DNA of 64,000 nucleotides from Haemophilus parainfluenzae (GTDB lineage Bacteria; Pseudomonadota; Gammaproteobacteria; Enterobacterales; Pasteurellaceae): NCBI GenBank assembly GCA_963515445.1, contig CAUPWR010000011.1, positions 617 to 64,616 of the forward strand, read 5' to 3'. Shown piece by piece: positions 1 to 11,501 of this stretch (position 1 is its first letter; each line of letters starts with the position of its first letter). The notes under the pieces were generated by a model. It saw only the letters and a program-made list of their open reading frames with translations, ran no database searches and was not told where the DNA came from. The position numbers and the translations under genes were made by a program.

Positions 1-3000
1 CTGTGGAGTGATTAATGCGGGACGCACCACGCTGACAACCGGTAAAGCGGAAGTAGAAAATGGTGAGTTGAAAGGCTATCGCGTAAAAGGCGGTAAAGTG
101 ACTGTTGGTCAAAAAGGAATGGATAACAGCCAATCCGATTACACCGATATTATCGCGGAGAAAGCCGAAATCAAAGGTGGGGTTTGGTCGAAGAAAGGCA
201 TTAAAGTTACCACGGGTAAAAACAACGTTGACCGTACCAATGATTCGGTTGTGTACATGGGGGATAAAAACACCGACAACACTGACCGCACTTCTGATAC
301 CCAAGGCGAAAACCAAAGCTACAGTGTGGATGTGAGCCAATTAGGTGGGATGTATGCTGAAAAAATCCATTTAGTGGATAACGGCCAAGGCCTTGGTGTA
401 CGCAATGCGGGACATATTGGTGCATCAGCTGGAAGCGTGAAAATTGATAGCCAAGGTAAGATTGTGAATGAAGGCTTTATTGGTGGTAGCGAAAATGCCG
501 AACTCAATGCGAAAAAGAATATTGAGAACCGTGGCACCGTTTATGCCAAAGCGCAGACCCAACTTAATGCTCAAAATATTGATAACAAACAAGGTGTTAT
601 TGCGGGTAAACAAGTTCAGCTTAACGCAAATAACGTGGATAACCGCAAGCAATCGGATAAAGGCTCTTTGATTGTTGCAACAGAGAAAGCGAGCATTAAA
701 GCGAAACATGTAGATAACCAAGGGACGAAAGCTGGCGGCAACACGGAACAAGGTATTCGTGGTGCTCAAATGGCTATTACAGCTGAAAATCTTTCTAACC
801 AACAAGGGGGCATCTACAGTGATGAGCATACCCAACTAGATGTTGCTCAAACAATTGATAACAAACAAGGTGAGATTGAAGCGGGCAAATCAATTGAGTT
901 AAAAGCGAAGACGTTGGCAAATGAAGGTGATATCAAAACCAAAGGGGATTTGACGGTTCGTTTACAAGATAGTTTAACCTTAAATAACGCTTTCCAAGTT
1001 GGTGGTAATTTAGATTTTAAAACCGAAGGGGATTTTAAAAACAATAGCCAATTACGTGTTGGTAATAAGGCGGATGTTAAAGCGGCTAATGTAGAAAACA
1101 CTCAAGATGCTGAAATTAGTGGTAATGAAACACGCATTAATACAAACACGTTGACTAACCGAGGCTTAATTGATGGTACGTTGACGGTGGCAAAAGCCGT
1201 GACCATTAATAACTTAGGTACCGGTCGTATTTATGGTGACCATGTGGCTTTACAGGGGGAGAATTTAAATAACCTTGAAGAAGGGGATAAATCTGCTGTG
1301 ATTGCTGCACGTGAGCGTTTAGATGTAGGCGTAGATAAAGTTTTAAATCGCAATGAAAGTACCCTTTTGAGTATGGGTAAGATTTATGTGGGTAAAACAT
1401 TGGATGAAAACAACCAAGCGACAGGTAAATCAGCTTATGTTCAAAACTACAATGGCGTGATTGAAGCGTTAAATCTCTACGACAATGCGAAAAGCAAAGC
1501 GATCACCTTTAATACCGGTAAGGTAGAGAATAAACATTTCTTCCTTGAAACAGAAAATGTGGATACCTCGTCTACACCAGTTTTTGAGTATCGAATTGGG
1601 AATGATTCGACTATCTACGGTAAAGACTCTGGGGTTTATAAAGTAAAACAAGATAATAAGAGTGGTCGCTGGGGACTAAACCGAAAAATAAGAGATCTTT
1701 ATCATATTTTTTCACCGGATGGCAAAATCGAAAGTGATAACTGGCATGAATATGATTATACCCGCACAGTGAATGAAACCGTGGTGCTTAAACCAAAATA
1801 CCAGGAAGGTAAGATTTTAAGTGGTGGCGGCATTGATTTTAATGATGCACGTGTAGATAACCAAGACAGTAAAGTGATTGCTGGTGGGCTGATTCAAATT
1901 GCGGATGGCCAATTACATAATGATGAGTTGAAAGGTCGTACTATTGTAACGGATGCTGGTCGTTTAACGGCTTTTTATAAGGGTAAGAAAAAAAGAAAAT
2001 GGGACAGATACGATACAACTAAAAGCGATACTAGTATTTATTACAAACAAAATGAAAGTGTAAAAGATTTAGGAGTATTTGCTTATAAAGAAAATGTAGC
2101 ACCTGAATTTACCAATAATGTCGTGGCTAATAAAGGTGATGCGGGAGATGTTGTATTAAATCATCTGACTCAATCGTTGGATAAATCCTCGCTTTATAAT
2201 GTGAATCCTAATGCACCAAAAGGCTATGTAATTGAAACCGACCCACGTTTTGCGAATAAGCAGAAATGGTTGAGTTCGGATTATATGTTCAATAAATTAC
2301 GCTATAACCCAGACAATATGCTTAAACGTCTCGGGGATGGTTTTTATGAGTTACGTTTAGTTAATGAGCAAATTAATCAGTTAACCGGTCGTCGTTATCT
2401 TGAAGGTTATCAAAATGATTTAGAGCAATACCAAGGGTTAATGAATAACGGTGTTCATTACGCCAAAAAATTAAATTTAGTACCAGGTGTAGCGTTAACT
2501 GAAAAGCAAATGTCAGAACTCACTACTGATTTAGTGTGGATGGTGAATCAGGAAGTGACGCTTCCAAGCGGCAAGAAAATTAATGTGTTAACGCCGAAAA
2601 TTTACTTAGCGTCTAACCGTACTCAAGTCACTCCAACGGGCTCAGTGATCTCGGGGGATAGTATTGTTGGTTCTGTGAAGGATATGACCAACGAAGGAAC
2701 GGTGCTTGCTGCAAACCTAGTGAACTTATACGGTCAAAATTTAGAGAACAAAGGTTTGGTTTTGGCTGATAACGTCAACCTTGATGCTGAGCAAAAATTA
2801 GTGAACCTCGGTGGTAAGATTGTGGCTGCAGATAGCTTGTCTCTATACGGTGGAAAATCTGTAGAGCTTGGTGCTACCACAACAGAAACACAAAGCCAAT
2901 TAGGTCGAACAGAAACAGGTAATAAACAAGTCGATCGCCAAAGTGAATTGAAGGTAACTGGCAAAGGCGGTGAGTTATCCATTCAAAGTGGTGGTGATAT

Positions 3001-6000
3001 CACGATAAAAGCAGCGAATGTGAAATCAGCAGGCACGGTTGATGTAAATGCCAAAGGTAAGCTTTTGGTGACGACTGAGAAGCAAAACAGTAAAGAACAC
3101 TATGACTTTAGCGATAACCATCATTATCACTTAGATAAAGAAGGTGAGGTGAGCTCTGTTATTGAGGGCAAAGAAGGCACTCGTTTAGTGGGACAAGAAG
3201 AAACCACACTTCGTCAAGCTAAGGTTAATAGTGAAGAAGGGAGAACGATTATTGCCTCACAAGGTGAAGTGAAGCTTGAAGAAGGGCGAGATATTGAACA
3301 TCTAGATCGCCGAAATAAACAAACATCGAAAGGTTTCTTAACCAAAGAAACCGAAGAAATGCGTCATCATCATGATTATGACCTTAGCAAAGGCAGTGAA
3401 GTAAATGGTAAGGATGTTATTGTTTATTCACAAGATGCAAATGCGACAGTTAAAGGCTCTTCGATTACTGCACAAGATGGCTTATTGGTGCAAGCTAAGA
3501 ACATTAATGTGAAAGAGGCGGAAAATCACGCTTATGTTGAAGAACATTACGAGAAAAAACGTTCTGGTTTAGCCTCAAGTTTTAAAGGTGGTGTAGCAAA
3601 AGTTGGTTATGAGAAAAGCAAGTCTAATCTAGACAGCAAATCCGTCAGCTTAGAAGCTGCAGGTAGCCAATTAACAGCTGGTACTGCAACTTTAGTCGCA
3701 GAAAATGTCTTGACTGTGCGAGGTTCTGATTTAAACAGTCAGGATCAATTTGATCTACATGCAAAACAAGTTAATCTAGAAGCGGCTAAGGAAATTCATC
3801 ACACTGAAGTACACAAAACAAGTAAAACAAGTGGTTTTGGTTTAAGCATGGTTTACGATCCAACTGTGAAAGCGGTAGATCAATATAAACAACGCCAAAA
3901 ACAAGGTGGTACAGAAACTGTTGTAGGAAAAATTAACTCCATTGCTGAAGCGGGTGCAGATTCAGTGGAATTAATGAGCCGTGGTATTGTGCCGTATTTA
4001 GAGCACAAACGCAGTAAATCAGATAAAACTACAGTAGAAACAACAGCAAAAGTGACCGCACTTAATGCCGGTGGACAACTTAATGTAGTGGCGTCTGAAG
4101 GCGATATTCGCACACAAGGTACACAAATTGCAGCAGAGAAAGGCGCAACATTCTTAGCCTCAAATAATATTGAGTTAGGAACAGCTGAGAATACTTATAC
4201 TCAGCAGGCCAATACTTCAGATAAAGGATTTAGTTTAGGTGATGCGAATAAATACCTTTTTGGTGTACATACTCAACGTGAAAATGGCGATGCAACTCAA
4301 ACACAAGAAGTATCAACCACTATTTCTGTAGGTGGTAATAACCAAATAGTGGCACAAAAAGGTGATATTTATGCTAAAGGTGCCAAAATTGTGTCTGAGG
4401 GTAAAAACCAATTATCTGCAGCGGGTAATGTTGTTTTAGATACAGCGGTTACCACACAAGAGACAACGCAGCAACGTAAAGGCCATGCGATAGGTGAGGC
4501 TGTTATTTCAGATTCTGAACGCTTCTATGGTTATAACCGTACTCGTTTTAACCAAGATGGTAACTTTACTCACCATGAAAAAGCCCAATTAGCGAGCTTA
4601 GGTGATAAGGTAGAAGTATATGCTGGTAAAGATTATCGTCAAACATCAGCAGAAATTTTATCAAAAGATAAAGCGTCTATTAATGCGCAAAATATTATTG
4701 TGGATTCAGCTTTTAATACAGATAAATATAAACAAAGTGAAAGCGATCTGAAATTTGGTCAATTTACTCGTGTGAAATCACCAATTATTGATTTAATCAA
4801 TAGTATTGAAAGCACTGTAAAAAATAAAAAAGCCTCAGATCGTGTGCAAGCAGCAAATATCATGAGTGTTGCAGCACAAGCTTATAACTTGGCCTCTGCA
4901 TTCCAAGGGCAAGGTGGTGCATCTTATTTAATTCGCGTGGAATCAGGTACAGGGGTGGCTCATAGCCGTAAGAAAGAAGACAGCTATCAGCATACCAGCC
5001 AAGGCAACCTATTTAATGCGAAAGAAATTGAGTTTACTGCACGCGGTGATGGCAGCACAAATGCACAAGGTAATCCGAAATTAGGGAATATTAATATCAC
5101 CCATGCAGATATCACGTCTGTAGATGAAAAGGGTAACCGCTTAAAAGACAGTAGCGTAACCTTTAATGCTAATAATCTAACGATAGATCCAGGTAAGAGT
5201 ACGGTAGATCAACATGCTCGTTCACAAAGTGCAGGTGTCGAAGTCGGGATGGCAGCAACAATTGGTGCACAAACCGGTATCGGTATTTATGCTCGTGTAG
5301 GTGGTTCAAGCAGTAAAACTAATGTGGAAGGGGTGAACTATACCAATAGCCATCTTAATACTGAAACCTTGAATATCAATACTCAAGGTGATACTACCTT
5401 AACGGGTACGACAGCAAAAGCTAAAACGATCAATGCAAATGTAGGTGGAAATCTCAATATTGCGAGTGTGCAAGATGAAAACAAATTTGAGACCAAATCG
5501 AGCGGCGGTGGTTTAGAGGTTGAGTTCGGATGGGGAAACAACTGGCGTGTAAGTGGTTATGCTAATTCAGAAAAAGGTGAGTCAGGCTATAAACAGGTGA
5601 AAGAGCAAGCAGGATTATTTGCTGAAGAAGGCGGATATCATGTGAATGCGAAGAATGTTCACTTAAAAGGGGCTGCGATTACCAGTACGAATCCGGCTAA
5701 TAGTGAATTAGCAACCAATAAGCTAACTTTTGAAGATATTCAAAATGAAAGTCACAGTGATGCTTCGAGTATGTCATTTAGTGCAAGCTACAGCAAAGGT
5801 GGTAGTGCACCAAAAGATAATTCATCATCAGGTGGGTCTCCATTTAGCCAAATTGGCACGAAAATGAAGGACAGCTTTTCATCGAATGGTCCAACATCTT
5901 TGACAGGAAGCTTTAGTGGTGGGTTGCCGATGAAAGAGTCAAATTCTGATGACTCAGTAACACGAGCAACCTTAACTGAAGGCAAGATTACCTTAAATAA

Positions 6001-7915
6001 AGATACTACACCAATGCTAACTACAGCACAGGCTTTGGGTATTAATACGGACATTAATCAAGCTAACGGTGAGGTTGATAAACCAAAAGATGTTAATCAA
6101 ATCTTAAGCGAACAACGTCAAATTTCAGCGGCAGTAGGAAATATTAAAAGTGCAGTCAACACTTATGTAGATAGACAAAAAGCACCATTATTACAAGAAA
6201 TAGAGCGATTATCGGGAGAGAAAAAAGAACTGGAAGCTCGTCAAGATAATACTGGCGCAGCACTTGTTGGACTACAGTTAAAACGTTTAGAAGATGAAGC
6301 CGCTGAATGGGATAGTGGTGGTAAATATCGTCGTGCCGCTGATGCACTCACTTCTACAATTGTTGCTGCATTAAGTGGACAATCTGTAAAAGGTATTGCA
6401 GCAACAGCTGCTGCACCTTATGTTAATGTAGGGATTAAAAAATCTACGACAGATGAGTCGGGTAAGGTAAATACGGTTGCTAATATTGCTGCACATGCAC
6501 TTTGGGGTGCAGTAGAAGCTAATGCTCTTGGTGGTAGTGGTACATCTGGAGCGTTGGCTGCGGGGGTTGCGGAACTTTCTGCACCAGTTGCAGCTAAGCT
6601 CTCTAAGATTATTAATGAAGTATCGAGTGATGAATCTTTATCTTCTACTACAGCAAAAATGAAAGCTATCGTAGATAAAATTAAGACGATAGATAAGGGG
6701 ATTGATTCAAGTGAGTTATCAAATAAAGAAAAGGAGATTCTTGTAGGAATAACCAGTTTTATTGGTCAAGTTGTTGCGCAAACTACTTCTAAAGTAAGAG
6801 GGGCAGATTCTGATACAGCTTCTAAAAATGGAGAGATTGGGAGTATTGTTGCGAAGAATGCAGTTGTTAATAACTTGCTAGGTAGTGTTAAATTCAGAAA
6901 ACGTTTACAAGAAAGGGTGAAAAAGGGGGATAAGGATGCAATTCGGATGCTTCAAATTGAAGAGCTTCTGAAAAAATCTGGTGTACCTGATTCAGAAATA
7001 TTTATCGACTATTATGATAAATGTGGTGGTTGCGATGATGCAAATAAAAAATATAGTATTGCACGAAATAGTAGTTTAAAAATAATTACATCCTTAGTAA
7101 AAAGTGGAAAATTATCTAGAGATGATCTTGGTTTAATTATGAGAGAGTCTTCTAATAAAGTCTTATCTATAGATCGAGGGAATGTAATTGGAAGAATGGA
7201 AGCTTATGATCAGGCTAATATTTTCCAACACGTATATGATTTTACTCAAAGTACTAATCCAAGAAAATTATCTCCACTAGAATCAGAAATAAAAGATATT
7301 TTTAATTCTCCATTTGGGGGGGGGATTGAGGGACCTTCGAGTCGTTTAAAACCAAGAAAAATTAAAACTCCTACTTATTCTGCGCAAGCTAAGTATCAAA
7401 GTGTTGAAAATAAAGGCAATCACGAATGGAAGCAAGGTACTCTTGCTGGAGAAAATTATAAAAAGATAGTAGATAAAGTGCCAGGGGTTGTGTTAGGCAG
7501 ATATGATGCAACTACCGGCCCAGGACCAATAGAAGATTTAAACAAGAGAAAATCTTTTTCAGGTGGGAGATACGCAACTATTAAATTAACTGAAGATATT
7601 GTAGCTTATAGAGCTTGGACTCCTGGTCAGTCTTATGAATTTGGAGCATATTGGGCATTAGAGAAACCAAGAGGCTCTTTACAAACTACAATTGACTCGG
7701 CAATAATACCTGAATGGGGATTTCTCCCAAATAAAGTTCATATTGCTCAGGCTAATCAATATACTGAAATAGTTATTCCTGCTGGAACAATTATTAATAT
7801 TGGTGAAGTTGGTTCTCAATCTCAGCGAGGTCCTTATGTGGGGGCTAAAACTCAGTTATTGATTGAGGGGGGAGCAAAGCCTGAGTGGGTCGTCGGAAGA
7901 GGTAAATTACAATAG
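1..7915 (+). CDS. cdiA: CdiA/filamentous haemagglutinin-like two-partner secretion exoprotein with C-terminal toxin domain (5'-partial, starts before window)
   Basis: Frame is open from base 2 (CGVINAGRTTLTTG, end of TPS domain); haemagglutinin-type repeats; YLIETDP/RLGDGFYE-like block; VENN-like motif KNAVVNN at 6863-6874 followed by a variable C-terminal region. Confidence 0.85.
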   Translation, partial: CGVINAGRTTLTTGKAEVENGELKGYRVKGGKVTVGQKGMDNSQSDYTDIIAEKAEIKGGVWSKKGIKVTTGKNNVDRTNDSVVYMGDKNTDNTDRTSDTQGENQSYSVDVSQLGGMYAEKIHLVDNGQGLGVRNAGHIGASAGSVKIDSQGKIVNEGFIGGSENAELNAKKNIENRGTVYAKAQTQLNAQNIDNKQGVIAGKQVQLNANNVDNRKQSDKGSLIVATEKASIKAKHVDNQGTKAGGNTEQGIRGAQMAITAENLSNQQGGIYSDEHTQLDVAQTIDNKQGEIEAGKSIELKAKTLANEGDIKTKGDLTVRLQDSLTLNNAFQVGGNLDFKTEGDFKNNSQLRVGNKADVKAANVENTQDAEISGNETRINTNTLTNRGLIDGTLTVAKAVTINNLGTGRIYGDHVALQGENLNNLEEGDKSAVIAARERLDVGVDKVLNRNESTLLSMGKIYVGKTLDENNQATGKSAYVQNYNGVIEALNLYDNAKSKAITFNTGKVENKHFFLETENVDTSSTPVFEYRIGNDSTIYGKDSGVYKVKQDNKSGRWGLNRKIRDLYHIFSPDGKIESDNWHEYDYTRTVNETVVLKPKYQEGKILSGGGIDFNDARVDNQDSKVIAGGLIQIADGQLHNDELKGRTIVTDAGRLTAFYKGKKKRKWDRYDTTKSDTSIYYKQNESVKDLGVFAYKENVAPEFTNNVVANKGDAGDVVLNHLTQSLDKSSLYNVNPNAPKGYVIETDPRFANKQKWLSSDYMFNKLRYNPDNMLKRLGDGFYELRLVNEQINQLTGRRYLEGYQNDLEQYQGLMNNGVHYAKKLNLVPGVALTEKQMSELTTDLVWMVNQEVTLPSGKKINVLTPKIYLASNRTQVTPTGSVISGDSIVGSVKDMTNEGTVLAANLVNLYGQNLENKGLVLADNVNLDAEQKLVNLGGKIVAADSLSLYGGKSVELGATTTETQSQLGRTETGNKQVDRQSELKVTGKGGELSIQSGGDITIKAANVKSAGTVDVNAKGKLLVTTEKQNSKEHYDFSDNHHYHLDKEGEVSSVIEGKEGTRLVGQEETTLRQAKVNSEEGRTIIASQGEVKLEEGRDIEHLDRRNKQTSKGFLTKETEEMRHHHDYDLSKGSEVNGKDVIVYSQDANATVKGSSITAQDGLLVQAKNINVKEAENHAYVEEHYEKKRSGLASSFKGGVAKVGYEKSKSNLDSKSVSLEAAGSQLTAGTATLVAENVLTVRGSDLNSQDQFDLHAKQVNLEAAKEIHHTEVHKTSKTSGFGLSMVYDPTVKAVDQYKQRQKQGGTETVVGKINSIAEAGADSVELMSRGIVPYLEHKRSKSDKTTVETTAKVTALNAGGQLNVVASEGDIRTQGTQIAAEKGATFLASNNIELGTAENTYTQQANTSDKGFSLGDANKYLFGVHTQRENGDATQTQEVSTTISVGGNNQIVAQKGDIYAKGAKIVSEGKNQLSAAGNVVLDTAVTTQETTQQRKGHAIGEAVISDSERFYGYNRTRFNQDGNFTHHEKAQLASLGDKVEVYAGKDYRQTSAEILSKDKASINAQNIIVDSAFNTDKYKQSESDLKFGQFTRVKSPIIDLINSIESTVKNKKASDRVQAANIMSVAAQAYNLASAFQGQGGASYLIRVESGTGVAHSRKKEDSYQHTSQGNLFNAKEIEFTARGDGSTNAQGNPKLGNINITHADITSVDEKGNRLKDSSVTFNANNLTIDPGKSTVDQHARSQSAGVEVGMAATIGAQTGIGIYARVGGSSSKTNVEGVNYTNSHLNTETLNINTQGDTTLTGTTAKAKTINANVGGNLNIASVQDENKFETKSSGGGLEVEFGWGNNWRVSGYANSEKGESGYKQVKEQAGLFAEEGGYHVNAKNVHLKGAAITSTNPANSELATNKLTFEDIQNESHSDASSMSFSASYSKGGSAPKDNSSSGGSPFSQIGTKMKDSFSSNGPTSLTGSFSGGLPMKESNSDDSVTRATLTEGKITLNKDTTPMLTTAQALGINTDINQANGEVDKPKDVNQILSEQRQISAAVGNIKSAVNTYVDRQKAPLLQEIERLSGEKKELEARQDNTGAALVGLQLKRLEDEAAEWDSGGKYRRAADALTSTIVAALSGQSVKGIAATAAAPYVNVGIKKSTTDESGKVNTVANIAAHALWGAVEANALGGSGTSGALAAGVAELSAPVAAKLSKIINEVSSDESLSSTTAKMKAIVDKIKTIDKGIDSSELSNKEKEILVGITSFIGQVVAQTTSKVRGADSDTASKNGEIGSIVAKNAVVNNLLGSVKFRKRLQERVKKGDKDAIRMLQIEELLKKSGVPDSEIFIDYYDKCGGCDDANKKYSIARNSSLKIITSLVKSGKLSRDDLGLIMRESSNKVLSIDRGNVIGRMEAYDQANIFQHVYDFTQSTNPRKLSPLESEIKDIFNSPFGGGIEGPSSRLKPRKIKTPTYSAQAKYQSVENKGNHEWKQGTLAGENYKKIVDKVPGVVLGRYDATTGPGPIEDLNKRKSFSGGRYATIKLTEDIVAYRAWTPGQSYEFGAYWALEKPRGSLQTTIDSAIIPEWGFLPNKVHIAQANQYTEIVIPAGTIINIGEVGSQSQRGPYVGAKTQLLIEGGAKPEWVVGRGKLQ

Positions 7916-7926
7916 TAATAGAGGAA

Positions 7927-7992
7927 ATGCTGGATTTAGAAAAAAATATTAGCAATAACTTAATTTTTTCTATCTTTCTAGTATTCTCCTAA
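7927..7992 (+). pseudogene. Possible truncated immunity (cdiI) remnant, 21 aa MLDLEKNISNNLIFSIFLVFS
   Basis: GAGGA RBS plus ATG 12 nt after the cdiA stop, in the canonical cdiI position, but terminates after 21 codons. Confidence 0.4.
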
Positions 7993-7999
7993 ATTTTAG

Positions 8000-8039
8000 A
8001 AAGTGCGGTTAAAAATTTTTATGTTTTTAACCGCACTTT
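8000..8039. terminator. Inverted pair of DNA uptake sequences forming a terminator-like hairpin
   Basis: AAAGTGCGGTTAAAAA ... TTTTTAACCGCACTTT. Confidence 0.75.
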
Positions 8040-8130
8040 ATTTTCAGCCATTTAGCTTAAGTTTTTTGCGATTTTTGTCAAAATATGCTACTTTTTACGC
8101 AGTCAATCCGACAGTAACACATTTAATTTT

Positions 8131-9027
8131 ATGAACGAAGAACATTCGAGTAATCAAACTGAAACAACTAAAAAATCTTTTTTCCAATCACTTATTGGCC
8201 GCTTTTTCCAAGGTGAGCTGAAAAATCGTGAAGAACTCGTCGAAGTGATTCGCGATTCAGAACAAAACGATTTAATCGATCAAAATACCCGTGAGATGAT
8301 TGAAGGGGTAATGGAAATCGCCGAGCTTCGTGTACGTGATATCATGATTCCTCGCTCGCAAATCGTATTTATTGAATCAAATCAAGATCTTGATGCGTGT
8401 TTGAACACGATTATTGAATCTGCACATTCACGTTTTCCTGTTATAGCTGATGCGGATGATCGTGATAATGTTGCAGGTATTTTGCATGCAAAAGATTTGC
8501 TTAAGTTTTTACGTGAAGATGCGGAAGAATTCGAGCTATCCAAGTTATTACGTCCAGTCGTGATTGTGCCGGAAAGTAAACGTGTCGATCGTATGTTAAA
8601 AGATTTTCGCTCTGAGCGTTTCCATATGGCAATTGTGGTGGATGAGTTTGGTGCGGTATCAGGTTTGGTGACCATCGAAGATATTCTCGAACAAATTGTC
8701 GGTGATATTGAAGACGAATTTGATGAGGAAGATGTCGCAGATATTCGTCAGCTTTCTCGCCATACTTATGCCGTACGTGCGCTAACGGATATTGATGATT
8801 TTAATGCACAATTTAATACGCATTTTGATGATGAAGAAGTGGATACCATTGGTGGTTTAATCATGCAAGCCTTTGGGTATTTGCCTAAACGCGGTGAAGA
8901 AATTACCTTAGAAAGTATTCAATTTAAAGTGACTTCTGCCGATAGTCGCCGTTTAATTCAGGTGCGTGTAACTGTGCCGGATGAGCATTTATCGGATATG
9001 GAAGGCGTGGAAGAGCAAGCTGAGTAA
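8131..9027 (+). CDS. corC: CNNM/CBS-domain magnesium/cobalt efflux protein CorC
   Basis: CBS pair ([34 protein letters not shown]); located upstream of lnt. Confidence 0.95.
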   Translation: MNEEHSSNQTETTKKSFFQSLIGRFFQGELKNREELVEVIRDSEQNDLIDQNTREMIEGVMEIAELRVRDIMIPRSQIVFIESNQDLDACLNTIIESAHSRFPVIADADDRDNVAGILHAKDLLKFLREDAEEFELSKLLRPVVIVPESKRVDRMLKDFRSERFHMAIVVDEFGAVSGLVTIEDILEQIVGDIEDEFDEEDVADIRQLSRHTYAVRALTDIDDFNAQFNTHFDDEEVDTIGGLIMQAFGYLPKRGEEITLESIQFKVTSADSRRLIQVRVTVPDEHLSDMEGVEEQAE

Positions 9028-9092
9028 GTTACTCAGTTTGACTATATTCTTAGCCCCCTCTTTGCTAAAGAGGGGGAATATTTTTTTGTAGT

Positions 9093-10634
9093 ATGGATAA
9101 AATGAATAAATTAGTCGTTTATCTTATAGCCTTGATTTCTGGAGTGATTGGCGTATTTGCCTTTTCGCCGTTTGATTATTGGGGTTTAGCCTATGTATCC
9201 TTAGTCGGATTGCTTTTTGTGGCAAAAAATGCCAAAAAATCAACCGCACTTTTGGCCACCTTTTTGTGGTCGATGGGCTTTTTCTGTTTTGGTGTAAGTT
9301 GGTTAAATGTCAGCATTCATCAATTTGGTGGGGCATCCCTTGGCGTGAGCTATCTCTTGGTGGGCTTGCTTTCTGCCTACCTTGCACTTTATCCAATGCT
9401 TTTCACTTATTTAGTGCAACGTTTTCAGGTGCAAAGTGCGGTCATTTTAGCCACGATTTGGACATTGACTGAATTCTTGCGCGGTTGGGTATTTACTGGT
9501 TTTCCTTGGTTACAATTTGGTTATACCCAAATCGACAGTCCATTTTTCGGCATTGCGCCGATCTTTGGTGTCACGGGGCTGACATTCTTTACTGTTTGGG
9601 CAAGTGCGGTCATTTTTAATTTTATTTTTGCACTATCGAAAAAACAATGGAATTTAGTCGGTGTGAATGCATTGCTATTATTGGTTGTGGGTGGATTAAG
9701 TGCTTATGCCGGTAAAGTGAATTTTGTTCAACCCAAAGAAGGTAAAGGACTAACTGTCACGCTTGCACAAGGTAATATTGAGCAAAATTTAAAATGGGAT
9801 CCAGAATACCTTTATGCCACGGTAGACATCTATCAAAAACAAATTTTGGCGCATTTAGGCAAGTCTGATTTAATTATTTTACCCGAGTCGGCATTGCCTA
9901 CTCTTGAAAATGCCATTACGCCATTTTTTGAAGCTTTAGATAAGGTAGCGAAAGAGAAAAATACGGAAGTGATGATTGGCACCGTATATCGTGATGAGCA
10001 AAGCGGTAAATTATTAAATTCGATTGTGACGGCCGGGAATCCTGATTTCCCTTATGAGTTGACGACAAAAAATCGTTACAGCAAACATCATCTCGTGCCA
10101 TTTGGTGAGTACGTGCCGTTAGAAAGTTTGTTGCGTCCACTTAATTCAGTATTTAATTTGCCAATGTCTGCGTTCCAAAGTGGCGATGCGGTACAACCGT
10201 CATTTATGGCGAAGCAACATGCTTTTGCACCGGCTATTTGTTATGAAATTATTTTTGGTGAGCAACTTCGTGAAAATCTGAAAAAAGAAACCGATTATTT
10301 GCTGACAATTTCTAATGATGCATGGTTTGGTGATAGTATTGGTCCTTGGCAACATTTACAAATGGCTAGAATGCGCGCGCTTGAATTAGGCAAACCATTA
10401 ATTCGTGCAACCAATACCGGTATTTCAGTGTTTATTGATGCAAAAGGCAACATTGAAGCACAAGCACCGCAATTTGAGGAAACCACGCTGACCCATAAAA
10501 TGGTGCCAACAGAAGGCAAAACGCCTTATGCTGCACTGGGTAATTTACCTATTTATGTGTTGTCATTGATTTTTGTGTTATTACGTGGCTTCACGACGTT
10601 ATTAAAACGCCGCTTGAACCTTTCACAAAAATAG
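9093..10634 (+). CDS. lnt: Apolipoprotein N-acyltransferase
   Basis: GFPW, QGNI, LPESA, KHHLVPFGEYVP, ICYEIIF, SNDAWF and RATNTG motifs. Confidence 0.96.
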   Translation: MDKMNKLVVYLIALISGVIGVFAFSPFDYWGLAYVSLVGLLFVAKNAKKSTALLATFLWSMGFFCFGVSWLNVSIHQFGGASLGVSYLLVGLLSAYLALYPMLFTYLVQRFQVQSAVILATIWTLTEFLRGWVFTGFPWLQFGYTQIDSPFFGIAPIFGVTGLTFFTVWASAVIFNFIFALSKKQWNLVGVNALLLLVVGGLSAYAGKVNFVQPKEGKGLTVTLAQGNIEQNLKWDPEYLYATVDIYQKQILAHLGKSDLIILPESALPTLENAITPFFEALDKVAKEKNTEVMIGTVYRDEQSGKLLNSIVTAGNPDFPYELTTKNRYSKHHLVPFGEYVPLESLLRPLNSVFNLPMSAFQSGDAVQPSFMAKQHAFAPAICYEIIFGEQLRENLKKETDYLLTISNDAWFGDSIGPWQHLQMARMRALELGKPLIRATNTGISVFIDAKGNIEAQAPQFEETTLTHKMVPTEGKTPYAALGNLPIYVLSLIFVLLRGFTTLLKRRLNLSQK

Positions 10635-10706
10635 CAGTCAAAACGACCGCACTTTTTTAACATGAGAGGAAAATAAATATCCTCTTGTAAAACCAATGAG
10701 ATTTTA

Positions 10707-11501
10707 ATGAATAAAAATCTAATCGAAGTCAAAAACCTGACCTTTAAACGAGGTGAGCGTGTGATTTACGATAACCTGAATTTGAAAGTCCAACAGGGTA
10801 AAATTACGGCCATTATGGGGCCATCAGGAATCGGGAAAACCACGCTACTGAAATTAATTGGTGGGCAGTTGTATCCTGAACAAGGCGAGATTTTGTTTGA
10901 TGGACAAGATATTTGTCGTCTTTCAAATCGCGAGCTTTACGAAGTACGTAAACGCATGGGAATGTTATTCCAATCAGGTGCATTATTTACGGATATTTCA
11001 ACGTTTGATAACGTGGCATTTCCGATTCGCGAGCATACCCGTTTGCCGGAAAGTTTAATTCGTCAAATTGTGTTGATGAAATTAGAAGCGGTGGGCTTAC
11101 GCGGTGCGGCAGATTTAATGCCTTCGGAGCTTTCTGGTGGGATGGCTCGTCGTGCCGCATTGGCTCGAGCGATTGCACTTGATCCGGATTTAATTATGTT
11201 TGATGAGCCGTTTACAGGGCAAGATCCAATCAGCATGGGCGTGATCGTGAGCTTAATTAAACACTTGAATGAAGCATTGAATTTAACCTCTATTGTGGTA
11301 TCCCATGATGTGCAGGAAGTGTTAAGCATTGCTGATTATGCTTATATTATTGCGGATAAACATGTGATTGCCGAAGGAACATCAGAGCAACTGCTCGCGA
11401 GCCAAGATCCGCAAGTGGTTCAGTTCTTAAAAGGCGAAGCGGATGGTCCGGTAAAATTCCATTATCCGGCAGGTGATTATGTGGAGGAATTATTTAAATG
11501 A
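10707..11501 (+). CDS. mlaF: Phospholipid ABC transporter ATP-binding protein
   Basis: Walker [14 protein letters not shown] signature, first gene of the mla operon. Confidence 0.93.
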   Translation: MNKNLIEVKNLTFKRGERVIYDNLNLKVQQGKITAIMGPSGIGKTTLLKLIGGQLYPEQGEILFDGQDICRLSNRELYEVRKRMGMLFQSGALFTDISTFDNVAFPIREHTRLPESLIRQIVLMKLEAVGLRGAADLMPSELSGGMARRAALARAIALDPDLIMFDEPFTGQDPISMGVIVSLIKHLNEALNLTSIVVSHDVQEVLSIADYAYIIADKHVIAEGTSEQLLASQDPQVVQFLKGEADGPVKFHYPAGDYVEELFK

